From: an uncultured Nitrospira sp.
GTDB lineage: Bacteria; Nitrospirota; Nitrospiria; Nitrospirales; Nitrospiraceae
Direction: 5' to 3'
NCBI GenBank assembly: GCA_964478915.1
Contig: CAYZKG010000004.1
Location: 1 to 42,326 of the forward strand
Length of the DNA stretch: 42,326 bases
Below, one piece after another: positions 1-8,223 of the stretch. Every line of letters starts with the position of its first letter. The first letter of the stretch is position 1. A program made the translations under genes and the position numbers. Below the pieces are notes generated by a model. That model made no database searches and was not told where the DNA came from. It worked only from the letters and a program-made list of their open reading frames with translations.

Positions 1-522
1 CTTGTCCGCAGCCGCTCCCGGGGGTAGATCGGTCAGGAGGTAATCGAGCTCTCCCCAGATGATGTCCGCGAGGAATTCCCGGATCACGTTCATTTCCATG
101 ACTCCCAGCCAGACCGGGCTGAGATCCATCGGCCCCTTCCAGCGAACCGGCGAGGCCTCCTGGAGGAAAAAGTCCATGGATCCGACCTTGATGCCCAGCG
201 GTCCTATCGGCGGCACCGCGCCGTTGGGAGTCAACGTCAAGGATTGTCCGCGCATCCCGAGCATGCGAGGCACGCACGGGCCATTGAGGTCCACATCGAG
301 CAGCCCCACACGATACCCAAGCCGGGCGAACGCCAGCGCGAGGTTTACCGTGGTCATGCTTTTCCCCACGCCGCCTTTGCCGCTCATCACCACCAGCTTG
401 TGCCGGATGCCGACCATGCGGTCCTTGACCTGGCGCATCTGCTCGGTGATCTGCTGGACCACCTTGGCGTCGTCGGTGTATTGCAGCCTGCCCAGGATCG
501 CTTTTAAGTCTTTTTCAACCAT
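1..522 (-). CDS. Mrp/ApbC/NBP35-family Fe-S cluster carrier ATPase; only the N-terminal 174 codons are present because the 3' end runs off the window
   Basis: My own minus-strand translation from ATG (comp 520-522) reads MVEKDLKAILGRLQ...IRHKLVVMSGKGGVGKSMTTVNLALAFARLGYRVGLLDVDLNGPCVPRMLG. The deviant Walker A SGKGGVGKS plus LLDxDxxGP is the Mrp/MinD-superfamily signature. It is missing from the ORF track because no stop codon lies inside the window. Confidence 0.8.
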   Translation of the reverse strand, partial: MVEKDLKAILGRLQYTDDAKVVQQITEQMRQVKDRMVGIRHKLVVMSGKGGVGKSMTTVNLALAFARLGYRVGLLDVDLNGPCVPRMLGMRGQSLTLTPNGAVPPIGPLGIKVGSMDFFLQEASPVRWKGPMDLSPVWLGVMEMNVIREFLADIIWGELDYLLTDLPPGAAADK

Positions 523-530
523 ATTGCACG

Positions 531-617
531 ATGGCGATGGGCTATAGGCTATGGGCAATGGAGCCGAATTGCTTCTTTCGTCTGCCTATCGCCTATGGCC
601 CATAGTCTATTGCCTAT
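531..617. repeat. Heptanucleotide-periodic inverted repeat (imperfect hairpin) between the cysN stop and the mrp start
   Basis: Left arm: ATGGCGA TGGGCTA TAGGCTA TGGGCAA TGGAGCC (531-565). Right arm: TGCCTAT CGCCTAT GGCCCAT AGTCTAT TGCCTAT (583-617). The arms are largely complementary. It shares the 16-mer GGCGATGGGCTATAGG (533-548) with 37766-37781. Confidence 0.75.
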
Positions 618-674
618 TTTGTAGGCAGAACGTAGCACAGCGTTTTGGGGCCGGTCAAACCGACCTCTGGCGCT

Positions 675-2528
675 TCAAATGGAGTATTGGAACGTCGGCT
701 TACTGCCGATCGCCCTCGCCAGCACACCTCGACGCTTCAACTCCTCAAGGATCCGGCGAGCCGCTTCGTCGAAATCCTTCGGACCGGCGAACGCGAGGTC
801 CGTGTTCGAGGGAAGCGGCTCCTCGGCCTTGCTCATGTGCACCGCAATGAGCGGGGCGGGGTGAACCAATGTCCGGATGGCCTGATGGTCGGCCAGGCCG
901 AGGGCGTTGGTGGTGGACACCACGATCATGCCCGTATCGATCAGCAGACGAGCGACTTCCCCGAACCGCCGCACTATCTCGGCCGCGTCCGGCTCCGCGA
1001 GGTCGGCATCCAGTCCCCGTCTGAGGTTTTCGCCATCCAGCAGATACGCGTGGCGACCTTCGGCGACGAGCAGCGCCTCCAGCTTTCTGGCCAAAAATGA
1101 TTTGCCGGTATGGGCTGCCCCGGTAAACAGCACCATCGCGGCGCGGTGGCCGTATTGCTGCGCCCGATCCTCTAACTGCACCTCTCCCTTGACCCAGGCG
1201 AAGTCCCGCCGCCGCGCCTCGTTCCTGAGAATTTCCAGCTCGTCGTGCACGAGTTCGGTGACCACCCCGCCGCCGGCGATGTCGTAGTCGTCCACCACGA
1301 CGAATCGCCCCGTCACGGGGGAGGCGTCGTACAAGTCGAAGGCAATCGGCGATTTCGTGCGAAACGTGACTTCCGCCACCTCATTGCGCCCCACCGTGTG
1401 GCGATTGGGTCGTTCCTCCAGCTCCGCGGCATCCACGGTCCGGTGGAGGATGGCCACTTCGCACTCCACCTCTCGCGTGGCGAGCCGGAGCAGATACTTG
1501 CGGCCTCGCTCCAGAGGGCGCCGTCCCAACCAGAAGAGATTGGCCTTGAACGCCGTGGACACCAGCGGGAGGGCATCCTCATGGGAGGCGATCTCTCCGC
1601 GCTCGATGAAGATCTGCTCGTCCAGGGTGATCCCGATGGACTGGCCGGCCTGGGCCTCCGTCGGCGTCGGCTCCATGTTGAACGCCTCGATCGTCTTGAT
1701 GTTGACGGTCTTGTTCGACGGCGAAAACACGAGCTTGTCGCCCACTCTCAGCCGGCCGGCCGAGAGCCGCCCGGCCACGATCCGGCGGGCGTCGAACTTG
1801 TACACGTCCTGGACCGGGAACCGAAGAGCTTCCTCTGCTCCTCCGACCGCCCGCTTGAAGCATCCCAGCGTGTCCAGCACCGTGGGGCCGCGGTACCACG
1901 GCATCGAGTCGCTGAGCCGGACGATGTTGTCGCCCTCTTTGGCGCTGACCGGGATCACTCGCTCCGGGTTCACTTTCAGCCGTCCCAGGAAGTCGCGGTA
2001 TTCCCGTTCGATGGCGTCGAAGACCTCCTGGCGGTAGCCCACGAGGTCCATCTTGTTCACCACCACCGCCACCTGCTTGACCCCGAGCAGGGACAAGAGG
2101 TAGCCGTGCTTCTTGGACTGTTCCCTGACGCCTTCCAGGGCGTCGATCACCAGCAGGGCCGCGTCGGCGCGGGCGGCCCCGGAGATCATGTTCTTGAGAA
2201 ATTCCTTGTGGCCCGGCGCATCGATGATGATGTACTGACGGTTGTTCCAGGAGAAAAAGGTCCGGGCGGTGTCGATCGTGATGCCTTGCTCCTGTTCTTC
2301 CAGGAAGGCATCGAACAAGAACGCGTATTCGAACTGTTTTCCCTGCTGGCGGCAGATGGCCTGAACTCGCTCGAGCTTCCCGCTGGCCAACGAGCCTGTA
2401 TCGGCGTACAGCCGCCCGAGCAGGGTCGACTTGCCGTGATCCACGTGCCCGACCAGCACAATATTGAGATGGTCCTTCGGCTGCGTGGGATGAATGGATC
2501 TGAGCAGGGGAGTCGGCACGGTCGGCAT
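675..2528 (-). CDS. cysN: Sulfate adenylyltransferase subunit 1 (CysN GTPase) fused to a degenerate APS-kinase-like C-terminal domain
   Basis: 617-aa ORF. GTPase motifs [14 protein letters not shown] and NKMD are present and the EF-Tu-like domains II/III follow. The C-terminal ~165 aa resemble CysC ([33 protein letters not shown]) but lack several canonical motifs. It starts 3 nt after the cysD stop. Confidence 0.9.
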   Translation of the reverse strand: MPTVPTPLLRSIHPTQPKDHLNIVLVGHVDHGKSTLLGRLYADTGSLASGKLERVQAICRQQGKQFEYAFLFDAFLEEQEQGITIDTARTFFSWNNRQYIIIDAPGHKEFLKNMISGAARADAALLVIDALEGVREQSKKHGYLLSLLGVKQVAVVVNKMDLVGYRQEVFDAIEREYRDFLGRLKVNPERVIPVSAKEGDNIVRLSDSMPWYRGPTVLDTLGCFKRAVGGAEEALRFPVQDVYKFDARRIVAGRLSAGRLRVGDKLVFSPSNKTVNIKTIEAFNMEPTPTEAQAGQSIGITLDEQIFIERGEIASHEDALPLVSTAFKANLFWLGRRPLERGRKYLLRLATREVECEVAILHRTVDAAELEERPNRHTVGRNEVAEVTFRTKSPIAFDLYDASPVTGRFVVVDDYDIAGGGVVTELVHDELEILRNEARRRDFAWVKGEVQLEDRAQQYGHRAAMVLFTGAAHTGKSFLARKLEALLVAEGRHAYLLDGENLRRGLDADLAEPDAAEIVRRFGEVARLLIDTGMIVVSTTNALGLADHQAIRTLVHPAPLIAVHMSKAEEPLPSNTDLAFAGPKDFDEAARRILEELKRRGVLARAIGSKPTFQYSI

Positions 2529-2531
2529 GGA

Positions 2532-3329
2532 CTACATGTACCCGTCTTTGCGGAGCAGCTCCATTCCGCGTCCTTCGTCCTGCGCGCGCCCTGCCCGCTC
2601 GGCGACGGTGGTTTGCCGCAGCTCCTCGATGATATCGTCCACGGTCTTTGCGGTGGACCGGATCGGGAAGGTGCACGGGGCGCATCCGAGGCTCCGGTAC
2701 CGCGTGCCGTCTCCCCGGTCCAGGTACAGATCCATGAACGGGATGCCCTCGAGCTTGATGTACTCCCAGATGTTGATCTCGGTCCAGTCCAGCAACGGAT
2801 GGATGCGAATATGCGTGCCGGCCGGGAAAGCCGTCTTGAACTGGTCCCACAGTTCAGGCGGCTGGTCCCGGAAATCCCATTCGTTGTTCTTGTCGCGGGG
2901 CGAGAAGTACCGTTCCTTCGCGCGCGTTCCTTCCTCGTCGGCCCTGACCCCGAGGATGATCCCGGTATAGCCTTTTTCATCCAGCACCTGCTTCATGGCG
3001 TTGGTCTTCAGCGCGGTGCAGCAGACGGTGCGGCCGAGGGTATGGTTCATGCCGTTGGCGAGCGCCTCCTTGTTCTGGCCGATCACCAGATTCAGCCGCC
3101 ATTCCCGGGCGAGCCGATCGCGGTATTCGATCATGGCCGGAATCTTGTAACTCGTGTCGATGTGGATCAGTGGAAACGGCACGTGGCCGAGGAAGGCCTT
3201 GCGGGCGAGCCAGAGCAGGACGGTCGAGTCCTTCCCCATGGACCACAGCATGGCGAGGTGATCGAAATGCTTGTAGGCCTCGCGAAGGATATAGATGCTC
3301 TGGTCTTCGAGCTGCCGGAGATGCTTCAT
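2532..3329 (-). CDS. cysD: Sulfate adenylyltransferase subunit 2 (CysD)
   Basis: Translation reads [22 protein letters not shown]...[19 protein letters not shown]...[10 protein letters not shown]...[18 protein letters not shown], with the PP-loop SxGKDS. I chose the internal ATG at comp 3327-3329, which forms an ATGA overlap with the upstream stop. The track ORF extends to 3491 through Gly/Pro-rich non-homologous sequence. Confidence 0.92.
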   Translation of the reverse strand: MKHLRQLEDQSIYILREAYKHFDHLAMLWSMGKDSTVLLWLARKAFLGHVPFPLIHIDTSYKIPAMIEYRDRLAREWRLNLVIGQNKEALANGMNHTLGRTVCCTALKTNAMKQVLDEKGYTGIILGVRADEEGTRAKERYFSPRDKNNEWDFRDQPPELWDQFKTAFPAGTHIRIHPLLDWTEINIWEYIKLEGIPFMDLYLDRGDGTRYRSLGCAPCTFPIRSTAKTVDDIIEELRQTTVAERAGRAQDEGRGMELLRKDGYM

Positions 3330-4375
3330 GCCGCTGAGACCCCTGATGTGATCGATGTGGCCGTGAGCTCCGACAGTTTCCGGGCGGCCGCCCCCGACTC
3401 CAACAGGCGCTGGGCCCCCGGCACCGCCGCCGAGATCGAGAGGGCCTTGCCGGCTGCATACAGGAGCATCGCGGCGTTCAAGACGACCCAATCGCGCTGG
3501 CTGCCCTGGAACTCGTTGGTGATGATGCGCCGCAGCAGCGCCGCCTCCTGGTCTGCCTGGCTCGGGGGAAACCCGGCCATGCTCTGGAAGGAGCCGGAGG
3601 TGAGCCCGACATCTTTGGGGTGCAGCGAGAGCGGCAGGAGCCGATCGTCGCGAATCTCTAGAACCTTGGTCACGGAGGAGATGGACAGCTCCGGATCTCC
3701 TTCCACCCCGCGCAGCACCAGAGCCCGTTGGCAGCCAAGTATCCTGAGCGCCTCGGTCACCTTGTCGAAATACGGCGGATGGGAGATGCCGATCACCTGG
3801 GAGGCCGCCCGGGCTGGATTGAGCATGCGGGCGACGGGGTGAAACAAGGTGCGGACGCCAAGCTCCTGTCGGAGGTCGAGGAAACGGGCGATCGGGGGGT
3901 GATACAGCGCAATGTCCAAATAGGCGAAGCCCTTGGCCGCCAGATCCTCGGCCACGCGTCTTGGCTCTCGATCGACCGGAACGCCGAGGGTGGCCAACAC
4001 GGCGGAGATTCCTGCTCGTGCCGGTGCCGCCTCGTAGCCGTGCATCAGGATGAACGCGCCGCCCGCTGCTGCGACGATGGCCGCGGCGACAGCGGCATGG
4101 AATGTCTCCTGCTTTCCGGCATACGCGGGCAGATCCACCAGTGCGGGCGACGGCGCAGCCGGCACGGGCGCCACGTACTCCCGAGCCGTTGCGGTGAACG
4201 CCGCCAGCTCGCTGACCGATTCCATCTTGATTCGCATGGCCATCAGGAACCCACCCACCTGCACGGGCGTCGCTTGCCCTTCGATCAAGAGGCGCATGGC
4301 CTGCTTCGCCTCTTCCCAGGTCAGGTCCTTGGAGGCTTTCGGCCCTTTGCCGATCTTGGCAATGAACCTCTGCAT
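3326..4375 (-). CDS. TrpD2/YbiB-like protein (glycosyltransferase family 3 fold, anthranilate-PRTase paralogue without the PRPP motifs)
   Basis: It is collinear with TrpD throughout ([15 protein letters not shown].., [42 protein letters not shown]). However, GTGGDG is replaced by AYAGKQ and KHGNRxxSS by MHGYEAAPA. The N-terminus [14 protein letters not shown] resembles YbiB as I remember it. Start taken at ATG comp 4373-4375 (MQRFIAKIG), preceded by GAGGAGGAA. The track start at 4393 is a GTG inside the heptad repeat. Confidence 0.7.
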   Translation of the reverse strand: MQRFIAKIGKGPKASKDLTWEEAKQAMRLLIEGQATPVQVGGFLMAMRIKMESVSELAAFTATAREYVAPVPAAPSPALVDLPAYAGKQETFHAAVAAAIVAAAGGAFILMHGYEAAPARAGISAVLATLGVPVDREPRRVAEDLAAKGFAYLDIALYHPPIARFLDLRQELGVRTLFHPVARMLNPARAASQVIGISHPPYFDKVTEALRILGCQRALVLRGVEGDPELSISSVTKVLEIRDDRLLPLSLHPKDVGLTSGSFQSMAGFPPSQADQEAALLRRIITNEFQGSQRDWVVLNAAMLLYAAGKALSISAAVPGAQRLLESGAAARKLSELTATSITSGVSAA

Positions 4376-4380
4376 TTCCT

Positions 4381-4415
4381 CCTCACCCCTCACGCCTTAC
4401 GCCTCACGCCTTACG
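4381..4415. repeat. One-armed heptanucleotide array, (CGTRAGG)5 in mRNA sense, between the dsrE-like and trpD2-like genes
   Basis: Plus strand: CCTCACC CCTCACG CCTTACG CCTCACG CCTTACG. On the transcribed minus strand this reads CGTAAGG CGTGAGG CGTAAGG CGTGAGG GGTGAGG and runs directly into GAGGAAATG. Confidence 0.8.
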
Positions 4416-4420
4416 ATGAA

Positions 4421-4834
4421 TCAGAACGTCAGCACGTGGTCGGCTTGCGCGACTTCTTCCTTCCAGAACGCTTCGGCCGCTTGGACTTCGTCCAGTTCGG
4501 GAATCAGATGCTCCACCTGCAGCTCGAAATACTCCATCGAGCTCCGGCAGATGGAGAATTTGGCGTCGCCCTTCTCCTTGATCTCTCGCAGGATTGCCGC
4601 CAGGTCGTTCTGTTTACGTTCGCGCAGCATCTCGCGGACCTTCGACTCGCGGCCACGGTACGCCTCAGAAAACGTCAGCTCCTTGATCTTGTCGACGGTC
4701 AGCTTGGCGGCCGCTTCGTCACAGAACAGGATGCTAACCTGGACGCCGGATGCGACGGCAATCCTGGCCAGTTCGCAGGCTTGCAGCAGGTTGTTGTAGG
4801 CACCTCGGGTCACGATCATCGCCAGCTTCTTCAC
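4421..4834 (-). CDS. DsrE/DsrF-like (COG2210-type) small sulfur-relay family protein
   Basis: 137 aa. MKKLAMIVTRGAYNNLLQACELARIAVASGVQVSILF.. fits the typical DsrE-fold N-terminus. A Cys lies in the ..KFSICRSSMEYF.. context. GTG start at comp 4832-4834, with GGGAG 7 nt upstream. Confidence 0.6.
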   Translation of the reverse strand: MKKLAMIVTRGAYNNLLQACELARIAVASGVQVSILFCDEAAAKLTVDKIKELTFSEAYRGRESKVREMLRERKQNDLAAILREIKEKGDAKFSICRSSMEYFELQVEHLIPELDEVQAAEAFWKEEVAQADHVLTF

Positions 4835-4850
4835 GGTCAGTCTCCCAACT

Positions 4851-4914
4851 GTGATAGTGATGCGTCATGCCTAACAGGTATCTGTGATGAACTCATCACG
4901 CATCACGCTTCACG
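4851..4914. repeat. Heptanucleotide-periodic imperfect hairpin between cysH and the dsrE-like gene; it overlaps the cysH stop
   Basis: GTGATAG TGATGCG TCATG ... CTCATCA CGCATCA CGCTTCA CG. 4857-4869 (GTGATGCGTCATG) pairs with 4894-4906 (CATCACGCATCAC) at 12 of 13 positions. The sense-strand unit is CGTGATG. Confidence 0.7.
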
Positions 4915-5638
4915 TCTTATTGTGGAGGCCGCACTCGGTCTTGGCGAAGTTCTTCCACCGGCCCGACCGAGCGTCTTCGCCCGGGAACACCGGTGCAGTG
5001 CAGTGAGTGCAACCGATGCTGGGGTACTGCTGGTCATGCAGGGGGTTGTATGGGACATCGTTGGCCCTGATATAGGTCCAGACGTCCGCCGTCTTCCAGG
5101 CGGCCAGTGGATTCACCTTGACCAACCGGAACTTCGTATCCCATTCGATCACGCGCGCGTGGGCCCGTGTCGGGGCCTGCTCCCTCCGGATACCGGTGAT
5201 CCAGGCCGAATAGCCGCTCAGGACGCGCGTCAGCGGTTCCACTTTGCGCAACTGGCAGCAGCGATCGGGGTCACGCAGCCACAGCGCTTCCCCGTATTGC
5301 GCTGCCTGCTGTTCCGGGGTGAGTTGGGATTTCACCTGGATGACCTGCGAGGGCTGGAGGCCGTACTTGGCCACGATCCGGTCCCGGACGCCGTAGGTTT
5401 CAGGAAAGAGAAAGTCAGTGTCCAGATAAAACAACGGCGTCCGCGGATTGATCCGGTGGATCATATCCACGAGCACCACATCTTCCGCGCCGAAGCTGCA
5501 CGCCAGCACGATCCCCGGGAAATACCGCTTCAGGGCGTACCGCAACACCGCCTCCGGCGGTTGCGTGTCAAACGCGTCGCCGACCGCCTTCAGCTCTTCC
5601 TCCAACGGCTGGCTCTGTGCCTTAACGTCTTCGGTCAC
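4910..5638 (-). CDS. cysH: Adenylylsulfate (APS) reductase, thioredoxin-dependent Fe-S type of the CysH family
   Basis: 242 aa. The C-terminal ECGLH motif (KTECGLHNKT) is present. So are the CC...CxxC cluster cysteines (DRCCQLRK, SIGCTHCT), which distinguish APS reductases from PAPS reductases. Confidence 0.9.
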   Translation of the reverse strand: MTEDVKAQSQPLEEELKAVGDAFDTQPPEAVLRYALKRYFPGIVLACSFGAEDVVLVDMIHRINPRTPLFYLDTDFLFPETYGVRDRIVAKYGLQPSQVIQVKSQLTPEQQAAQYGEALWLRDPDRCCQLRKVEPLTRVLSGYSAWITGIRREQAPTRAHARVIEWDTKFRLVKVNPLAAWKTADVWTYIRANDVPYNPLHDQQYPSIGCTHCTAPVFPGEDARSGRWKNFAKTECGLHNKT

Positions 5639-5667
5639 CTGTATTCCTCAGCATGCGCCCGCGCTGC

Positions 5668-8202
5668 TTATCCCTCGACTTTTTCAACCAGTAGCTTATA
5701 GTGCGCCGCCTCCGGTTCCAGCGGCTCCTCCGCCAGGATCTTGTGGCCGTCATTCCGCAGGCTCATCGGGACGTTCTTGATCGGCTCGCCCGCATCGAGC
5801 CATACCTCGAGGTACTGCCCCGCGTCCATCATCTCCAGCTTGAGCTTCGTTTTGACGTAGTTCAGCGGACACATCACGCCGCGGAGGTCGAGCACCGGCG
5901 TGTCGGTAGGTTCAGCGGCGCGCGGGGTGGTTAAACCGGCGCGCGGCTGATCGCTTGGTGTCCCGCGCTCTGCGCCCTCGGCCGCGGCGAGCTTGAGGTC
6001 CTTGCCCATCTGCTCGGTCGCGGCCTTGCAGGCCTCCACGAACCCCCGTGCGAAGTCGATCTTGCCGCCTGCAAACTCCGGGGTGGTCTCTTTGGGACCC
6101 AGGTCCCCGATCTGGGCGCCGAGATTCCGGTACGAACCCGGCACAACGCCGGTCTCCGTCAGTCGCCGCTCGAATTCCAAAAAGGTCTCTGCATCGGTGG
6201 CGGGGTCAATCCCTTCGGTCACCAGCAACGCTTTCGCCCCGGCCAGCACCGCCCGGTAGGCTTTGTTCACCGCCACGGAGTATTGGTGCTTGTCGGCCAG
6301 CAGCCGGGCCTGGTACAGCTCCTGCTCGGCCTCAAGGATGCGGTTGTCGATCATCTCCAAGGCGCCGCCGGCGCATTCACCGGGACCCAGATCCTCGGTC
6401 ACGAATTCTTCATCGCCTTCCCAGTCGTAATAGTAGCTCGGGTCCTGCTCGAAGCCGGGCACGATCGTGAACGGGATCAGTTCCTCTTTGAGCTTGGCCT
6501 TTCCGGCTCGCGCAATGAAGGCCGGGAGGCTCTCCCCTTCGCATCGGTCCCGCCGGTACACGGCCAGGAGGTGGGAGACGGCCGCCGGCACATTTCTCGC
6601 CGGGAGCTTGACGGTCATCTGGCCGATTTTGGCCGTGCCGTTTACCTGTCCGCCGAGGTGCAGCTCGTAGAACGGTGCGACATGGTCGCCGATGCGCTTT
6701 CCCACCCCATGCAGGCCGATCGTGGCGATATGGTGCTGTGCGCAGGAATTGTGGCAGCCGCTGATTTTGACGCTCACCCCTTTGAGATCGGCAGGGGTTC
6801 GGCCCGGCGGAAATATTTCGGCCATGGCCCGCGCCAATCCCTTGGAGGAGGTGATCCCGAGTCCGCAGGTGTCGGTCCCGGGACAGGCCGTGATGTCTTC
6901 GACGAACTCTGCCCCCGGATCGGCCAGACCGTGTTCGGCCAGCGCGGCGTACAGCGCTTCCACCAGGGACTCCGGGACCCACCGGATAATCAGGTTTTGG
7001 TTGATCGTCGTCCGGACGTTGCCGTTGGCATAGGCCTCGGCCAGATCGGCGACCACGTACATCTGCTCGGTGGTGATATCCCCCATGGGGAGCTTGATCA
7101 CCACGGCCACGTATCCGGATTGCTTCTGCGGAACCACGTTCGTGCGGCGCCACATCCCGTAGGCGGAAGCCGACAGGTCTGGCTCACTCTCGAAGTCGTG
7201 ATGCCCGTTGCCCCCATCGCCGTGTTGCCCATTGCCGAGCGCCGAGCCGCCGTTGCCGTGGGCGGTGCGACCGGTCGGCATGACCAGGGGGACCGGCGAG
7301 TCGTCGTGCTGCAGGAGCCTGATCAGCCCCCGGCCCGCGCGGGCATGGCCCATGCTCGCGTAGGCGTCTTCCCAGAGCTGCTTGAATTTCTCAAAGCCGA
7401 CCTTCTCAATGATGAACTTCATCCGGGCCTTGTTGCGGTTCTTCCGGTTCCCGAAGGTGTCGAACACCTTGAGGATCGCTTCGATCGTCGGAATCAGATC
7501 ATCCATCGGCACGAATTCACGCAGGATGTGCCCGATGCGGGGGGCGGAGCCGAGCCCGCCGCCGACCGACATCCGGAAGCCGATGGTGCCGTCCTCCCGC
7601 CGTGCCGCCAAGAGCCCGATGTCGTGAATCGGGGTCAGCGCGCAGTCGTGCCGGCAGCCCGAGAAAGCGATTTTGAACTTTCTGGGCAGACTTTGATTCA
7701 GCGGGTTCCGTAACAGATGGAGCGCCACGGTCTTGGCATAAGGCGTGACATCAAAGACTTCGCCGGGGCAGATGCCGGCAAGGTGGCACGCCGTGACGTT
7801 CCGGACCGTGTTGGCGCAGGCTTCTCTCGTGGTGAGCCCCACTTCGGCCAGGCCGCGCATGACGGTTCCCACGTCCTTCAGTTGCACGAAATGAAGCTGG
7901 ATATCCTGTCGCGTGGTGACATGGCCGATCCCGGTCGCATAGGTATCGGCCGATTCGCCGATGCGCCGCAATTGATTGGCGGTGAGGCCGCCGAATGGAA
8001 TCTTGATGCGGACCATCTGGACGCCGGGCTGGCGCTGCCCGTAGATCCCGTGCTGTAGGCGAAAGGGCTTGAAGATGTCGCTCGGGATTTCTCCGGCTTC
8101 CAACCGCTGAACTTCCCCTTCGAAGGCTTCGATCTCCTCGAGAATCTCGGGCGGGATCGGAGACGTTTTGATCTCGAAGGTCTTGGTATAGGGATTCGCC
8201 AT
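5668..8202 (-). CDS. sir: Ferredoxin-type assimilatory sulfite reductase hemoprotein fused to a helical domain and a C-terminal TusA/SirA-like domain
   Basis: 844 aa. It has two nitrite/sulfite-reductase repeats. The siroheme/4Fe-4S cysteines are CPGTDTC (C440, C446) and SGCHNSC (C483, C487). A Gly/His/Asn-rich linker spans aa 314-335. A helical region spans aa ~612-735. The last ~77 aa, VLDLRGVMCPLNYVKTKLKLEMM..YLEVWLD..., match the TusA pattern (Cys778). Confidence 0.85.
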   Translation of the reverse strand: MANPYTKTFEIKTSPIPPEILEEIEAFEGEVQRLEAGEIPSDIFKPFRLQHGIYGQRQPGVQMVRIKIPFGGLTANQLRRIGESADTYATGIGHVTTRQDIQLHFVQLKDVGTVMRGLAEVGLTTREACANTVRNVTACHLAGICPGEVFDVTPYAKTVALHLLRNPLNQSLPRKFKIAFSGCRHDCALTPIHDIGLLAARREDGTIGFRMSVGGGLGSAPRIGHILREFVPMDDLIPTIEAILKVFDTFGNRKNRNKARMKFIIEKVGFEKFKQLWEDAYASMGHARAGRGLIRLLQHDDSPVPLVMPTGRTAHGNGGSALGNGQHGDGGNGHHDFESEPDLSASAYGMWRRTNVVPQKQSGYVAVVIKLPMGDITTEQMYVVADLAEAYANGNVRTTINQNLIIRWVPESLVEALYAALAEHGLADPGAEFVEDITACPGTDTCGLGITSSKGLARAMAEIFPPGRTPADLKGVSVKISGCHNSCAQHHIATIGLHGVGKRIGDHVAPFYELHLGGQVNGTAKIGQMTVKLPARNVPAAVSHLLAVYRRDRCEGESLPAFIARAGKAKLKEELIPFTIVPGFEQDPSYYYDWEGDEEFVTEDLGPGECAGGALEMIDNRILEAEQELYQARLLADKHQYSVAVNKAYRAVLAGAKALLVTEGIDPATDAETFLEFERRLTETGVVPGSYRNLGAQIGDLGPKETTPEFAGGKIDFARGFVEACKAATEQMGKDLKLAAAEGAERGTPSDQPRAGLTTPRAAEPTDTPVLDLRGVMCPLNYVKTKLKLEMMDAGQYLEVWLDAGEPIKNVPMSLRNDGHKILAEEPLEPEAAHYKLLVEKVEG

Positions 8203-8223
8203 ATGCGCTCCTCGGACCGTTCT

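Noticed and set aside
3330-3491. N-terminal extensions of track ORFs for cysD (to 3491), gpmA (to 26501), lysA (from 35183), dapB (from 38729), argH (from 31564), fmt (to 20035) and the trpD2-like gene (to 4393)
   Set aside because: The extensions overlap upstream genes or repeat elements and lack homology to the respective families. Conserved N-terminal motifs begin at internal Met codons, several of which have a plausible SD or a start-stop overlap.
1245-3842. 865-aa plus-strand ORF spanning the cysN, cysD and trpD2-like region
   Set aside because: It lies antisense to three genes with strong family motifs. Its product is Arg/Gly/Pro/His-rich with no recognisable domain. This is a typical high-GC shadow frame.
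3728-7713. Long plus-strand ORFs (3728-5701, 657 aa; 6283-7713, 476 aa; and smaller ones) opposite the trpD2-like, dsrE-like, cysH and sir genes
   Set aside because: They are shadow frames of well-supported minus-strand genes, with low-complexity Arg/Gly/Pro composition and no motifs.
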